From Parasutterella excrementihominis (GTDB lineage Bacteria > Bacillota_I > Bacilli_A > RFN20 > CAG-826), in NCBI GenBank assembly GCA_963614595.1, contig CAVECL010000003.1, positions 4,125 through 68,124 on the forward strand: DNA of 64,000 nucleotides, written 5' to 3'. Of this stretch, positions 9,849 to 19,589 are shown one piece after another. The position numbers were made by a program, and so were the translations under genes. Every line of letters starts with the position of its first letter. The first letter of the stretch is position 1. The notes under the pieces are model-generated. The model was given only the letters and a program-made list of their open reading frames with translations, searched no databases and was not told where the DNA came from.

Positions 9849-9867
9849 AACTAAAAAACTACCAACA
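9849..9867 (-). repeat. Motif copy, variant (aspS|tkt junction, opposite orientation)
   Basis: Minus strand: TGTTGGTAGTTTTTTAGTT. Core GTAGTTTTTT at 9853-9862. Confidence 0.6.
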
Positions 9868-9880
9868 TTAGGAGCTATAT

Positions 9881-11842
9881 ATGAGCAGCAGCATCGACGA
9901 ACTTTGTGTCAGCGCCATCCGCGCCCTTGTCATCGACACCATCAACAAGGCCAATTCAGGACACCCTGGAATGGCGTTAGACGCCGCGCCGATCATGTAC
10001 GCGCTCTACCGCGACCATCTTATCGCCGATCCCAATGAGCCAAAATGGGTGAACCGCGACAGGCTGGTCTATAGCGCAGGCCACCCTAGCGCGCTCATCT
10101 ATTCTTTGCTCCACCTCGCGGGCTATAAAGTGAGCATGGACGATCTGAAATCGTTCCGTCAGCTCAATTCCTTGACCCCGGGCCACCCCGAGGTCACCTT
10201 GACCGAGGGAATCGACGCGACCGCCGGCCCTTTGGGGCAGGGGATTTCGCAGGCCGTGGGCATGGCGATCGCCGAAAAAGCGGTCGCGGCGCAGTATCCT
10301 GACGGCAAGAGGATCATGGACCATTACACCTATTGCCTTTGCGGCGACGGGTGTCTGGAAGAAGGAATCAGCCAGGAAGCCATCTCCCTCGCGGGCCACA
10401 ACAAGCTCAACAAGCTCATCCTCATCTACGACGAGAACGGGGCGACCCTGGACGGGCCGACCTCGAATTCCCTGAGCGAATCCGTGAAGCTGCGTTTCCT
10501 CGCGGAAGAATGGAACGTTTTGGAAGTGAGCAACGGGAACGATGTAGAAGCGGTTTCGAAAGCGATCAAGGAAGCTAAGCAAAGCACCCTTTACCCAACC
10601 CTCATCATCGTCCATACGATCATCGGCTATGGCTCTACGAAACAAGGGACCTCGGCTACCCACGGCGCGCCTTTAGGGAAAGAGGACGGGGCGCACGCGA
10701 AAGAGGTCTATGGCTATGCCTATCCCGAATTCAGCGTTCCCAAGGAGGTCTATTCCCATTTCAAAGAGACCTTTGGGGAAAGAGGGGAGAAAGCGCATGA
10801 GGAATATAAGGCGCGCTTTGAGGAATATTCGAAAGAAAACCCCTCCAGCGCGAAGCTTTTCCTCGACGCGATGAATCATAATCTAGAAGGCTACCTCCCT
10901 CATTTCGCTTTTGAGGAGAAAGAGGAGGCGACGCGCGTTAGCTCCGGCAGGCTGCTAGAGATCTACAGCGAATCGATCCCTTTCCTCTTCGGGGGAAGCG
11001 CCGACGTGGCAAGCTCAGTCAAGACCGCGATCAAGGGAGCGATGGATTTCACCCCGTCCCATCCAGAAGGGAAGTCCGTCAATTGGGGCATCCGCGAATT
11101 CGGCATGGCCGGGGCGATGAACGGAATCGCCTTGCACGGGGGATTGGTCACTTACGGGGGCTCTTTCCTCATCTTCGCCGATTACATGAAGCCCGCGATC
11201 AGAATGGCCGCGATGGAGGAGCTCCCCGTCCTCTATCTTTTCTCCCATGATTCTTTGGCGGTCGGGGAAGATGGCACCACCCATCAGCCGATCGAGACCC
11301 TCACGATGCTAAGAAGCATCCCCAACGTCAAGGTGATCCGCCCGGCCGACAGCTACGAGACGATGCTCGCCTATCGGGAGGCTTTCGCTTCCAAAAAGAC
11401 CCCGACGTGCCTCATTTTGACCCGTCAGAGCCTGCCCGTGCTTCCTTATCACGAGGAAGAGGGGGTGAAAAAAGGCGCCTATTTCGTGAAGAAAGAGGAG
11501 AATGCGAGCGTAGAGCTTCTTGCTAGCGGCAGCGAGGTGTCCCTGGCTTTGGAGGCCGCCTCCTTGCTGGAGAAGGAAGGAATCCTCGCGAGCGTAGTCT
11601 CCATGCCTTGCCTAGAGAACTTCTGCTCGCAGGAGGATTCCTACAAAGAGGAGATCCTGAACCTGCCTTACGAGAAGAGGGTTTCCATCGAGATGGGCTC
11701 AACGCTTCTCTGGGGGAGGTACGCGAGGCATAGCATCGGGGTCGACCGTTTTGGGAAAAGCGGCAAGGCAAGCGATGTTTTATCGGATTTCGGCTTCACT
11801 CCGGAAGGGATCGCAAACAAGGTGAAGGAAATGGTAAAATAA
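9881..11842 (+). CDS. tkt: Transketolase
   Basis: SGHPGMALDAAP, GDGCLEEGIS, and the ATHGAPLG and GEDGTTHQPIE motifs. AGGAG lies 7 nt upstream. Confidence 0.92.
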   Translation: MSSSIDELCVSAIRALVIDTINKANSGHPGMALDAAPIMYALYRDHLIADPNEPKWVNRDRLVYSAGHPSALIYSLLHLAGYKVSMDDLKSFRQLNSLTPGHPEVTLTEGIDATAGPLGQGISQAVGMAIAEKAVAAQYPDGKRIMDHYTYCLCGDGCLEEGISQEAISLAGHNKLNKLILIYDENGATLDGPTSNSLSESVKLRFLAEEWNVLEVSNGNDVEAVSKAIKEAKQSTLYPTLIIVHTIIGYGSTKQGTSATHGAPLGKEDGAHAKEVYGYAYPEFSVPKEVYSHFKETFGERGEKAHEEYKARFEEYSKENPSSAKLFLDAMNHNLEGYLPHFAFEEKEEATRVSSGRLLEIYSESIPFLFGGSADVASSVKTAIKGAMDFTPSHPEGKSVNWGIREFGMAGAMNGIALHGGLVTYGGSFLIFADYMKPAIRMAAMEELPVLYLFSHDSLAVGEDGTTHQPIETLTMLRSIPNVKVIRPADSYETMLAYREAFASKKTPTCLILTRQSLPVLPYHEEEGVKKGAYFVKKEENASVELLASGSEVSLALEAASLLEKEGILASVVSMPCLENFCSQEDSYKEEILNLPYEKRVSIEMGSTLLWGRYARHSIGVDRFGKSGKASDVLSDFGFTPEGIANKVKEMVK

Positions 11843-11846
11843 GCCC

Positions 11847-12182
11847 ATGAGCGACTACCTAGAAATCAACAACTATTCCTCGAACGGGAAACTCCGCATC
11901 TCCAGGAAGGCGATCCGCACGGTCGTGGGGAAAAGCGTGAGCAACGTCAGCGGGGCCTCTTTGGTCAAAGGCAGAAAGCGCCTGCTGCAGATCGCGAGCC
12001 CGATCTCCATCGTCCTTTCGAAGGAAGGCAAGATCAAGGTCAGCGTCGACATCATCCTTCCCACGGGATCCCAGGTGAAAGACATCTGCCTGGCTCTCCA
12101 AAAGGAGATCGCGACGAACCTCTCGATGATGATCGAGGCGGTCCCCAACGAGATCCACGTCCACGTATCGTCGTTTGCCTGA
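11847..12182 (+). CDS. Asp23/Gls24-family (alkaline shock/YqhY-like) protein
   Basis: 111 aa. The pattern ISRKAIRTVVGKSVSNVSG...KVSVDIIL...V is typical of the Asp23 family. It sits directly upstream of nusB, as Bacillus yqhY does. Confidence 0.7.
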   Translation: MSDYLEINNYSSNGKLRISRKAIRTVVGKSVSNVSGASLVKGRKRLLQIASPISIVLSKEGKIKVSVDIILPTGSQVKDICLALQKEIATNLSMMIEAVPNEIHVHVSSFA

Positions 12183-12204
12183 TGCCCTGCGGGGCATTTT
12201 TCTT
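12182..12204 (+). terminator. Hairpin terminator after the asp23-family gene
   Basis: ATGCCC-tgcg-GGGCAT followed by TTTTTCTTC. Short stem. Confidence 0.5.
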
Positions 12205-12255
12205 CGCCCGTAAACGCTTACTTAAGCGATTGTTTTCGCTTAGAAGGACGAAACG

Positions 12256-12264
12256 TGCTATCAT
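12256..12264 (+). promoter_or_regulatory. Possible extended -10 element upstream of nusB
   Basis: TGcTATCAT lies downstream of the asp23 terminator. No good -35. Confidence 0.3.
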
Positions 12265-12291
12265 CTTCGGGCTTTAGGGGCATTGTTATTT

Positions 12292-12738
12292 ATGAAAGAG
12301 ATTGCAGAGGAAATCGCTTGGCGAGAAGGAAGCAGGAATTCCCTGCAGAGCGCGGCTATGACCGCGATTTACGATGAGCTCACCTACATTGGGATGGGGG
12401 AGCCAGTCAACGTCGAGGAAATCGTCTCCTCCTTGTTGGAGAAAGATTACGAGGATTGCGACTATTTCGTGAAGGCGGCGGCGGTTTACGCGATCAAGTA
12501 TCGCGAGGAAGCGATCGAGAAATACAGCGCCCACATGGTCAAATGGACCTTCGACCGCCTGAACCGCTTGGAGCAGGCCATCCTTTTGCTTGCCTACGTC
12601 CATTTCTACGCGATAGAGAAGGACATCAGCAAGAAGGTCGTGATCTCCGTCGCCGTGCGCCTAGCGAAGAACTACCTCGGCAAAGACGACTACAAATTCG
12701 TAAACGGAATCTTGGATAACGTCCTGGTGAGAGAATGA
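12292..12738 (+). CDS. nusB: Transcription antitermination factor NusB
   Basis: About 148 aa. Helical NusB-like sequence (RLNRLEQAILLLAYVHF, VAVRLAKNY, FVNGILDNV) in the position asp23-nusB-xseA. Start moved to the first ATG (12292); the track uses TTG 12283. Confidence 0.8.
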   Translation: MKEIAEEIAWREGSRNSLQSAAMTAIYDELTYIGMGEPVNVEEIVSSLLEKDYEDCDYFVKAAAVYAIKYREEAIEKYSAHMVKWTFDRLNRLEQAILLLAYVHFYAIEKDISKKVVISVAVRLAKNYLGKDDYKFVNGILDNVLVRE

Positions 12739-14006
12739 GCGAAGAGAGAAGCTATCTTTCCGTCAGCGAGCTGAACGCCCGCATCAAATACCTTTTGGAA
12801 GGGGATGAGGGGCTCAGCTCCGTTTTCCTTCGCGCGGAGATCTCCAATTTCAAGGTCTATCCTTCCGGGCATGCCTATTTCACCTTGAAAGACGAGGGTT
12901 CCGTGATCAGCGCCGTCATGTGGGCGAGCTCACTCGCCTATCTGAAGTTCCGCCCGGAAAACGGGGACAAAGTCCTCGTGCACGGCAAGATCACCGTCTA
13001 TCCCCCTAAGGGGAATTATCAGCTCACCGTCGCTTCCATGCAGAAAGACGGGGAGGGGGAGGAAAGAAAGAGGCTCCGCGAATTGGCCCTCAAACTCAAA
13101 AAGGAAGGCCTGTTCGACGAAAGCAGGAAAAGGGCTTTGCCTTTTATCCCCAAGCGAATCGCCGTCATCGCGGGCAGAGGGAGCGCCGGGATGCGCGACA
13201 TCGAGGTGAATCTGGCGAAGCGTTGGCCTTTGGCCGAGGTTTTGACCTTCCCTTCCTTAGTCCAAGGGAACGATGCCCCCGCAGACCTCATAGAGAACCT
13301 AGAGAAGGCCAAAAAGGCTAAGCCCGATGTTTTGATCATCGGAAGGGGCGGCGGCTCAAGCGAGGACCTAGGCGCGTTCAACGACGAGGCTTTGGTGCGG
13401 GCTTTGTCTTCTTTCCCCGTCCCTAGCATCTCCGCGGTAGGGCACGAGATCGATGTGACTTTGACGGATTTGGTTGCCGACAGGCGGGTTTCGACGCCGA
13501 CGGCGGCCGCGATAGCCTGCGTTCCCGATCAATACGAGGTCATGCAGAGGCTAGATGACACGGAAAGGAAGATTGACTCGGAGATGTCCTCCGTTTTGGA
13601 TCTCGCCAGAGAAAGAGTCGAGAAATACCTCTCCAAGCCTTACTTCAAGAACCCCAAAGCGTTGTATGCGAATGAGGTGGAGAAGTTGGATGGCATCGGG
13701 GCCAGGCTCGACAAAAGGATGAAAAACATCCTTGAGATGAGGGGAAAAGAGCTTAGCTACGCCTCAAGCCGCCTAAAGCCCCTCGCAATTAGTCGACTTG
13801 GCCTATGCAAAGAGAGATTGAAGAGCCTAGACTCACGCTTAGAGGCCCTTAATCCGGAAAAAGTCCTTAACCGCGGCTACTCAATCACCTTGACTAGCAA
13901 CGGAAAGCCCCTAAGAAGCAAGAAGCAGCTCGCAGTGGGGGAAACGATCAGAACAAGACTCAAAGATGGTATCATTGTCTCAAAAATCACGGAGAAGGAG
14001 GATTGA
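12735..14006 (+). CDS. xseA: Exodeoxyribonuclease VII large subunit
   Basis: N-terminal OB fold (LSVSELNARIKYLLEGD...VFLRAEISNFKVYPSGHAYFTLKD), IGRGGGSSEDL and GHEIDVTL. The ATG overlaps the nusB stop. Confidence 0.92.
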   Translation: MSEERSYLSVSELNARIKYLLEGDEGLSSVFLRAEISNFKVYPSGHAYFTLKDEGSVISAVMWASSLAYLKFRPENGDKVLVHGKITVYPPKGNYQLTVASMQKDGEGEERKRLRELALKLKKEGLFDESRKRALPFIPKRIAVIAGRGSAGMRDIEVNLAKRWPLAEVLTFPSLVQGNDAPADLIENLEKAKKAKPDVLIIGRGGGSSEDLGAFNDEALVRALSSFPVPSISAVGHEIDVTLTDLVADRRVSTPTAAAIACVPDQYEVMQRLDDTERKIDSEMSSVLDLARERVEKYLSKPYFKNPKALYANEVEKLDGIGARLDKRMKNILEMRGKELSYASSRLKPLAISRLGLCKERLKSLDSRLEALNPEKVLNRGYSITLTSNGKPLRSKKQLAVGETIRTRLKDGIIVSKITEKED

Positions 14007-14008
14007 CC

Positions 14009-14218
14009 ATGGTGGAAAAGAAAGAAATGAGTTTCGAAGAGAAACTCCGAAGGCTCGATGAGATCGTCGCCAAAATCGAAGGCGAAGAGCTTCCTCTCCA
14101 GGAGACCCTTTCTCTTTATCAAGAAGGGAAAGTCCTGATCAAAGAGCTCCAGGGCGAACTCAAAGCCGCGGAAGAGAAAGTTGGCAGCCTAAGTGTCAGC
14201 GAAGAAGATTTAAAGTAA
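14009..14218 (+). CDS. xseB: Exodeoxyribonuclease VII small subunit
   Basis: SFEEKLRRLDEIVAKIEGEELPLQETLSLYQEGKVL is typical XseB. ATG 14009 has GGAGG 8 nt upstream. The track ORF starts at TTG 14003. Confidence 0.88.
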   Translation: MVEKKEMSFEEKLRRLDEIVAKIEGEELPLQETLSLYQEGKVLIKELQGELKAAEEKVGSLSVSEEDLK

Positions 14219-14222
14219 ATAT

Positions 14223-14239
14223 TTAGTAGTTTTTTAGTA
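14223..14239 (+). repeat. TTAGTAGTTTTTTRGTW motif copy (xseB|dxs junction)
   Basis: TTAGTAGTTTTTTAGTA. Begins 5 nt after the xseB stop and ends 1 nt before the dxs ATG. Confidence 0.7.
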
Positions 14240-14240
14240 T

Positions 14241-16103
14241 ATGAAAAAGAAAGGTGTTGTCGAAACAATCAAGCTTAATGACATTAAAGACCCTTCTTTT
14301 TTGAAATCGTTAGATTACAAGCAGCTCGCAAGCCTTGCGAAGGACATTCGAAAGGAAATAATAGAGGTTACCTCAAATAGTGGCGGCCACCTCTCGAGCA
14401 ATCTGGGCGTCGTCGAGATCACGATTGCCCTAAACCGCGTTTTCGACTTCGCGAAGGATAAGCTGATCCTTGATGTGGGCCATCAATGCTACGCCCAGAA
14501 GATGCTTACCGGCAGAAAGCTGGAGCATCTTAACGAGAGGGGCTATTGCAACGGCTTCCAGAACAGGGCGGAGTCGCCTTATGACTGCTATGACGCCGGC
14601 CATAGCTCGACTTCTTTGTCGGCAGCCGAGGCTTTTGCCTATGTGCGTGACCAAAAGAAAGAAAATTACGATGTGGTGGCCCTTATCGGCGACGCTTCCG
14701 TCGTGAACGGCTTGGCTTTCGAAGGCCTCAACAACATCGGGGAACGCCACAACAAGGTCATCGTAATCCTCAATGACAACGCGATGTCAATCAACCAGCC
14801 GGTCGGCGGCATGGGCAGGTTCTTCAGGAAGATCTCGACCGGCAAAATCTACAACAAAACCAAAAAAGGCTTCCAAAGGGCGATGTCCCGTTCCTTTTTC
14901 GGCAAGAAGATCTACAACGTAACCTATCGTTTTAAGCGGGCTTTGAAGTACAAGCTCGTTCCGACGACCATGTTTGACAACATGGGCTTCACCTACGTCG
15001 GCCCGGTGGATGGGCATAACATCAAATCCCTTGAGAAAGCCATGAACTCGGCGAAGAATTCCACGAAGTCCGTGGTGATCCATTGCCGAACGGTCAAAGG
15101 CAAAGGCTATCCGTTCGCAGAGAACGACAAAGCCGGGAACTGGCACGGCGTCTCGCCTTTCTGCATCGAGACAGGAAAAGCAAAAAATCCACATAATGAC
15201 GAAGTTTCTTGGCCCCTATTCTATGGGAGATTGGTCAAAGAAGCTTTGGATGAAAACGAAGACAACATCCTCGTGACCGCGGCGACGGCGGTGGGAAGCA
15301 AACTAGGCGAGGCTTTCAAAGCCCATCCGAAACGCTGCATCGATGTCGGCATCGCCGAGGAGCATGCGCTCACCTTCTCCGGCGCGCTTTCTTTAGCGGG
15401 CAAGCGCCCGATCGTCTCTTTGTACTCGACCTTCCTTCAAAGAGCCTATGACGAGATCAGCCACGATTGCGCCCGCATGGGTTCGGATATGACTTTGCTC
15501 ATCGATCGGGCGGGCCTTTCCGGAAAAAACGGCGAGACCCATCAAGGCATATACGATGTGGCGTTCCTCCGTTCCATACCGAATGTTTTGGTGACGATGC
15601 CTAGCGACGAGGAGTCCGCGAGCTGGCTTTTCAAGAAATCCTTCAGCCAAAAGGGCGTCTTCGCGATCCGTTACCCGAACGCCTTCATGAAGCAAGGCGA
15701 GAAGGCCTTGGGGAATATGCGCCTTGGTTTCCGTTTACTATGGAAATCTTCCGATGATGCCGCGTTTTTATGCGTCGGCCCAAAAGGCAAGGAATTCGCT
15801 TTGAAATGCCAGGAATCCGATATAAAGGGAAGCTTCATCGATCCCGTGGTCTTGTCTGAGGTCTCCAAAGAAGATTTGAAGGCTTTGATGAGCTATAAGA
15901 AGATCTTCGTTTACGATCCCTATAGCGTCAAGGAAGGCTTCGGGGACATGATTCTCTCTTCCTTGATGGAAGAAGGCTATAAAGGCCAGGTGAAAGTAAG
16001 GGCTTTGCCTTTGAAATTCATCAAATTCGGCTGCACATCGGACCAAGAGAAAGAATGCCTCGTCGATATGGAGGCCGTTTTAGCGGAAGCGAAGGCTTTC
16101 TGA
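14241..16103 (+). CDS. dxs: 1-deoxy-D-xylulose-5-phosphate synthase (MEP pathway)
   Basis: GGHLSSNLGVVEITIAL, VGHQCYAQKMLTGR, GDASVVNGLAFEGLNN and IAEEHALTFSGAL. No Shine-Dalgarno sequence upstream. Confidence 0.92.
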   Translation: MKKKGVVETIKLNDIKDPSFLKSLDYKQLASLAKDIRKEIIEVTSNSGGHLSSNLGVVEITIALNRVFDFAKDKLILDVGHQCYAQKMLTGRKLEHLNERGYCNGFQNRAESPYDCYDAGHSSTSLSAAEAFAYVRDQKKENYDVVALIGDASVVNGLAFEGLNNIGERHNKVIVILNDNAMSINQPVGGMGRFFRKISTGKIYNKTKKGFQRAMSRSFFGKKIYNVTYRFKRALKYKLVPTTMFDNMGFTYVGPVDGHNIKSLEKAMNSAKNSTKSVVIHCRTVKGKGYPFAENDKAGNWHGVSPFCIETGKAKNPHNDEVSWPLFYGRLVKEALDENEDNILVTAATAVGSKLGEAFKAHPKRCIDVGIAEEHALTFSGALSLAGKRPIVSLYSTFLQRAYDEISHDCARMGSDMTLLIDRAGLSGKNGETHQGIYDVAFLRSIPNVLVTMPSDEESASWLFKKSFSQKGVFAIRYPNAFMKQGEKALGNMRLGFRLLWKSSDDAAFLCVGPKGKEFALKCQESDIKGSFIDPVVLSEVSKEDLKALMSYKKIFVYDPYSVKEGFGDMILSSLMEEGYKGQVKVRALPLKFIKFGCTSDQEKECLVDMEAVLAEAKAF

Positions 16104-16125
16104 TCTTTTTTCCTTTCCGAATTAC

Positions 16126-16154
16126 TTAACATAACGGGGGCTAGGTTTTAGAAT
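16126..16154 (+). promoter_or_regulatory. Putative promoter giving a leaderless dinB mRNA
   Basis: TTAACA (16126-16131), 17-nt spacer, TAGAAT (16149-16154). The ATG at 16161 is 6 nt after the -10 box and there is no SD. Confidence 0.5.
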
Positions 16155-16160
16155 TAGGCC

Positions 16161-17378
16161 ATGGCGAAGGTGATCATGCACATCGACTTGAACGCGTTCT
16201 TCGCAACGTGCGAGGAAATCCGCGACCCATCCTTGGCTTCTCTGCCTGTTTTGATTGGCCATTCCGGGCGTTCCGGCATCGTCTCGACCGCGAATTACGT
16301 GGCCAGGAAATACGGCTGCCACAGCGGCCAGCCGACCTTCCAGGCTCTGAAGCTGTGCCCAAAGGCCAAAGTGATCCATCCGGATTTCGATTATTATTCG
16401 ATGATGTCGCTTTCTTTCTTTTCCTACATCCGGAAATTCACCCCTTTGGTGGAACCCGCCTCGATTGACGAGGGCTACGCCGATATGAGCGAGGCTTTAA
16501 AGGGCGTGGAAGATCCAAAGAAATTCTTCCTCGACCTTCAGACGGAACTGAAGAAGGAGACGGGGCTATCCTGCTCCATCGGGGTCGCTCCCACGAAATG
16601 GCTCGCCAAGATGGCAAGCGACCTCAAAAAGCCGATGGGCCTCACCTTTTGCAGAAGGCGGGACATCGAGAGGATCCTTTACCCTTTGCCCATCGAATCC
16701 TTTTGGGGAATCGGGAAGAAAACCGCGCCGCGCCTAAGAAGCCTAGGCATCAGCACGATCGGCGACTTCGCGAGGAGGGCGAAAGAAAACGACCCTTTGC
16801 TTCAGAAAGAGCTGGGGAAGTTCTTCTTCAACGCGAAGGATTGGATTGAGGGAAAAGGCGAGGACAGGGTCAGACTAGAAGAGGAGGATCCCAAATCGAT
16901 CGGGGCGCAGATCACTTTGCCTTACGATTGCTCCTCCTATGAGGAAGTCGCCCCTTTCCTAAGCCAAATCGCCATGGAAATCTCTTCAAGAGCAAGCAAG
17001 GAAGGCAAAGCGGGGAGAGGCATCGCCATCTCGGTGAAGACCCTGGATTTCCGCCTCCACAGCAGAGCTTCCTTGCTAAGGGATTCGACCTGCGACCCCG
17101 TGACCATCGAGTATGAGGCGGAAAAAGCCTTCAAGCTTTTGATGGAAAAGCTCGGGAATCCCAAGATCAGGCAGGTGGGCATCACGCTCAACAAGCTCGT
17201 GAACCCCCAGAGGGAAAGCGTTCAGATGAGCTTATGGAACTACGAGGATTACGAGAAGAAAGACGCGACGAAGCTATTGATTGAGGAAATCAACCGGAAA
17301 ATGAGGCGCAGGATGAACGCTCCTGAGCTGAAAATGGCGTCTCAGGCGGAGAAAAAGGGGAAGAAGCATGGAGATTAA
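16161..17378 (+). CDS. dinB: DNA polymerase IV (Y-family)
   Basis: IMHIDLNAFFATCEEIRDP, SIDEGYADM and GVAPTKWLAKMASDLKKP. Confidence 0.9.
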   Translation: MAKVIMHIDLNAFFATCEEIRDPSLASLPVLIGHSGRSGIVSTANYVARKYGCHSGQPTFQALKLCPKAKVIHPDFDYYSMMSLSFFSYIRKFTPLVEPASIDEGYADMSEALKGVEDPKKFFLDLQTELKKETGLSCSIGVAPTKWLAKMASDLKKPMGLTFCRRRDIERILYPLPIESFWGIGKKTAPRLRSLGISTIGDFARRAKENDPLLQKELGKFFFNAKDWIEGKGEDRVRLEEEDPKSIGAQITLPYDCSSYEEVAPFLSQIAMEISSRASKEGKAGRGIAISVKTLDFRLHSRASLLRDSTCDPVTIEYEAEKAFKLLMEKLGNPKIRQVGITLNKLVNPQRESVQMSLWNYEDYEKKDATKLLIEEINRKMRRRMNAPELKMASQAEKKGKKHGD

Positions 17379-18252
17379 GCAAGCGATCGAGGAATATTTC
17401 ACTTATCTTCTCGCCTCCAAGGGGCTCTCCGAGAAGACGATCGATGACTACAAGGAAGATCTTCTCATCTTCCTTAGGGATTTCCCGAAGAAGCAGACGA
17501 CCGAGGACCTTCTGGAGACCGACCTCAACGATTTCGCGATCAAGGAGGGCGAGAAAGACCGCTCCTCCTCGACGATCGCCCGAAGGCTCTCGGCCCTTTT
17601 CAACTTCTATCAATTCCTCTCCAAGCGAGGCATCATCGAGGTCGCCCCTGAGCGAGTCGACCGCCCCAAAGAAGAGAAAAGCCTCCCGGTCATCCTCTCT
17701 TTCGAGGAGATCGAGCGCCTTTTGGACGCGCCTGACACCAGCAAGGAAAGCGGGATGAGGGACAAGGCGATGCTAGAGACGATGTACGCCACAGGTCTGC
17801 GCGTCTCGGAGCTCTGCTCCCTTCCTCTGAGCTCCATCAACGTCCAAAACCGCCTTATCGTGGTAAGGCATGGCAAAGGGAACAAGCAGCGCACCGTGCC
17901 GATCTCTCCTTTCGCTTTGGAATGGCTGGAGACCTACATCCACGATTTCCGCTCCCTCAACAAAGGCAAAAAGAAGAAAGAGGTCTTCCTGAATCTTAGG
18001 GGCGAGCCCATCAGCAGGAACTATTTCTTCATGCAGGTCAAGAAATACGCCGAGCAAGTCGGGATCGAGGTCTCCATCAGCCCCCATACCCTCCGCCATT
18101 GCTTCGCGACCCATTTGCTGGAGAACGGCGCCGAGCTGCGCGCCGTGCAGGAAATGCTAGGCCACGCCCACCTTTCCACGACGCAGATCTACACGCATGT
18201 CTCCACGCGGAGAATCCTCGAGGCCTACGACCGCTTCTCCTCGCGCAAATAA
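17368..18252 (+). CDS. xerD: Tyrosine recombinase XerD-type (chromosome dimer resolution)
   Basis: ATGLRVSEL, HTLRHCFATHLL and LGHAHLSTTQIYTHV (R-H-R-Y catalytic set). Sits next to deoB, as Bacillus ripX does. No flanking repeats. Confidence 0.85.
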   Translation: MEIKQAIEEYFTYLLASKGLSEKTIDDYKEDLLIFLRDFPKKQTTEDLLETDLNDFAIKEGEKDRSSSTIARRLSALFNFYQFLSKRGIIEVAPERVDRPKEEKSLPVILSFEEIERLLDAPDTSKESGMRDKAMLETMYATGLRVSELCSLPLSSINVQNRLIVVRHGKGNKQRTVPISPFALEWLETYIHDFRSLNKGKKKKEVFLNLRGEPISRNYFFMQVKKYAEQVGIEVSISPHTLRHCFATHLLENGAELRAVQEMLGHAHLSTTQIYTHVSTRRILEAYDRFSSRK

Positions 18253-18298
18253 GCTATAATTACGGGCGAGATCCCTCTCTCGCTTAGAGGTAAAGAAA

Positions 18299-19516
18299 AT
18301 GGAAAAAGAATACAGAAGATTCAAAAGGATATTCCTCATCGTCGCCGACAGCGCCGGCATCGGCGAAGAGCCCGATGCCTCCCTTTTCGGCGACTGCGGC
18401 TCGAATACCTGGGCCCACGCCGCCGAAAGCGTCGGGGGATTGAGCGTTCCCAACATGGAAGCCATGGGCGTCGGCGAGCTGGATGACATCCGCGGCGTGA
18501 AGCCCTTTTCGAATCACCCTCACGCCTATTCTTTGGCCTGCCGAGAAAAAAGCAAAGGCAAGGACACGATGACGGGGCACTGGGAGATGATGGGCATCAA
18601 CACCACGAAGCCTTTTCAGACCTTCACCGACACGGGTTTCCCAAAAGACCTCATGGATGAGCTGGAGAAAAAGACGGGCCATAAGCTTTTGGGCAACAAA
18701 GCAAGCTCGGGGACCCTCATCCTCGATGAGCTGGGCGAAGAGCAAATCAAAGAAAACGCGCTCATCGTCTACACTTCCGCGGATTCCGTGCTTCAACTCG
18801 CCGCAAACGAAGACCATATGGGGCTAGAGGAAATCTACCGTTGCTGCGAGATCGCCAGGGAGCTCACCATGCGCCCGGAATGGTTCGTGGGCAGAGTCAT
18901 CGCCAGGCCTTACGTCGGAGAGAGGAAAGGCGAGTTCAAGCGCGTCGGGGCGCATCGCCACGATTACACGGTCTCGCCAAGCGGCATCACCGCCTTGGAT
19001 ATCCTGAAAAAGAACGGGTATATGGTAAGCGCCGTAGGGAAGATCAACGACATCTTCAATGGGGCGGGCATAGTGAAAACCATCCACACCGCAAGCAACG
19101 AAGAAGGCATGGACGAAGCCATCAGGCAGCTCAAAAGCGAGGACTGGACGGGGCTTTGCTTCGTGAACCTCGTCGAATTCGACAGCGAATTCGGGCACCG
19201 CAGAAACCCCGTGGGCTACGCGCGTTGCCTAGAGGCATTAGACAAACGCATCGGGGAATTCATTGCCTCGATGAAAGGCGATGACCTTTTGCTCATCACC
19301 GCGGACCACGGGAACGATCCGACCTTCAAAGGGACGGATCACACCAGGGAGAAAGTCCCTTTGCTTTGCTATTGCCCTTCCTTCAAAAACGGCAAAAAGC
19401 TCGCTGAGCAGGCGACTTTCGCCGTCATGGGCGACACCATTCTAGAGAATTTCACCCTCAAGAAGGACCCTTCGATGCTCGGAGGGGTCCTAGAGGAGCT
19501 TTTAGAGGATAAATAA
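18299..19516 (+). CDS. deoB: Phosphopentomutase
   Basis: IVADSAGIGEEPDASLFGDCGSNT, GKDTMTGHWEMMG, NLVEFDSEFGHRRN and TADHGNDPT. Confidence 0.92.
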   Translation: MEKEYRRFKRIFLIVADSAGIGEEPDASLFGDCGSNTWAHAAESVGGLSVPNMEAMGVGELDDIRGVKPFSNHPHAYSLACREKSKGKDTMTGHWEMMGINTTKPFQTFTDTGFPKDLMDELEKKTGHKLLGNKASSGTLILDELGEEQIKENALIVYTSADSVLQLAANEDHMGLEEIYRCCEIARELTMRPEWFVGRVIARPYVGERKGEFKRVGAHRHDYTVSPSGITALDILKKNGYMVSAVGKINDIFNGAGIVKTIHTASNEEGMDEAIRQLKSEDWTGLCFVNLVEFDSEFGHRRNPVGYARCLEALDKRIGEFIASMKGDDLLLITADHGNDPTFKGTDHTREKVPLLCYCPSFKNGKKLAEQATFAVMGDTILENFTLKKDPSMLGGVLEELLEDK

Positions 19517-19589
19517 CGATTTACCGAAGCGTTTCAATGGGTTTGGGCCTCCTAAAGGTCCATAATGGAAAATAGACAAGGAGAGGTTT

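Noticed and set aside
17368-18252. A tyrosine recombinase, considered as a possible integrase of a mobile element.
   Set aside because: It overlaps dinB and sits next to deoB exactly as housekeeping xerD/ripX does in Bacillus. There are no flanking direct repeats, no tRNA target and no phage or transposon genes.
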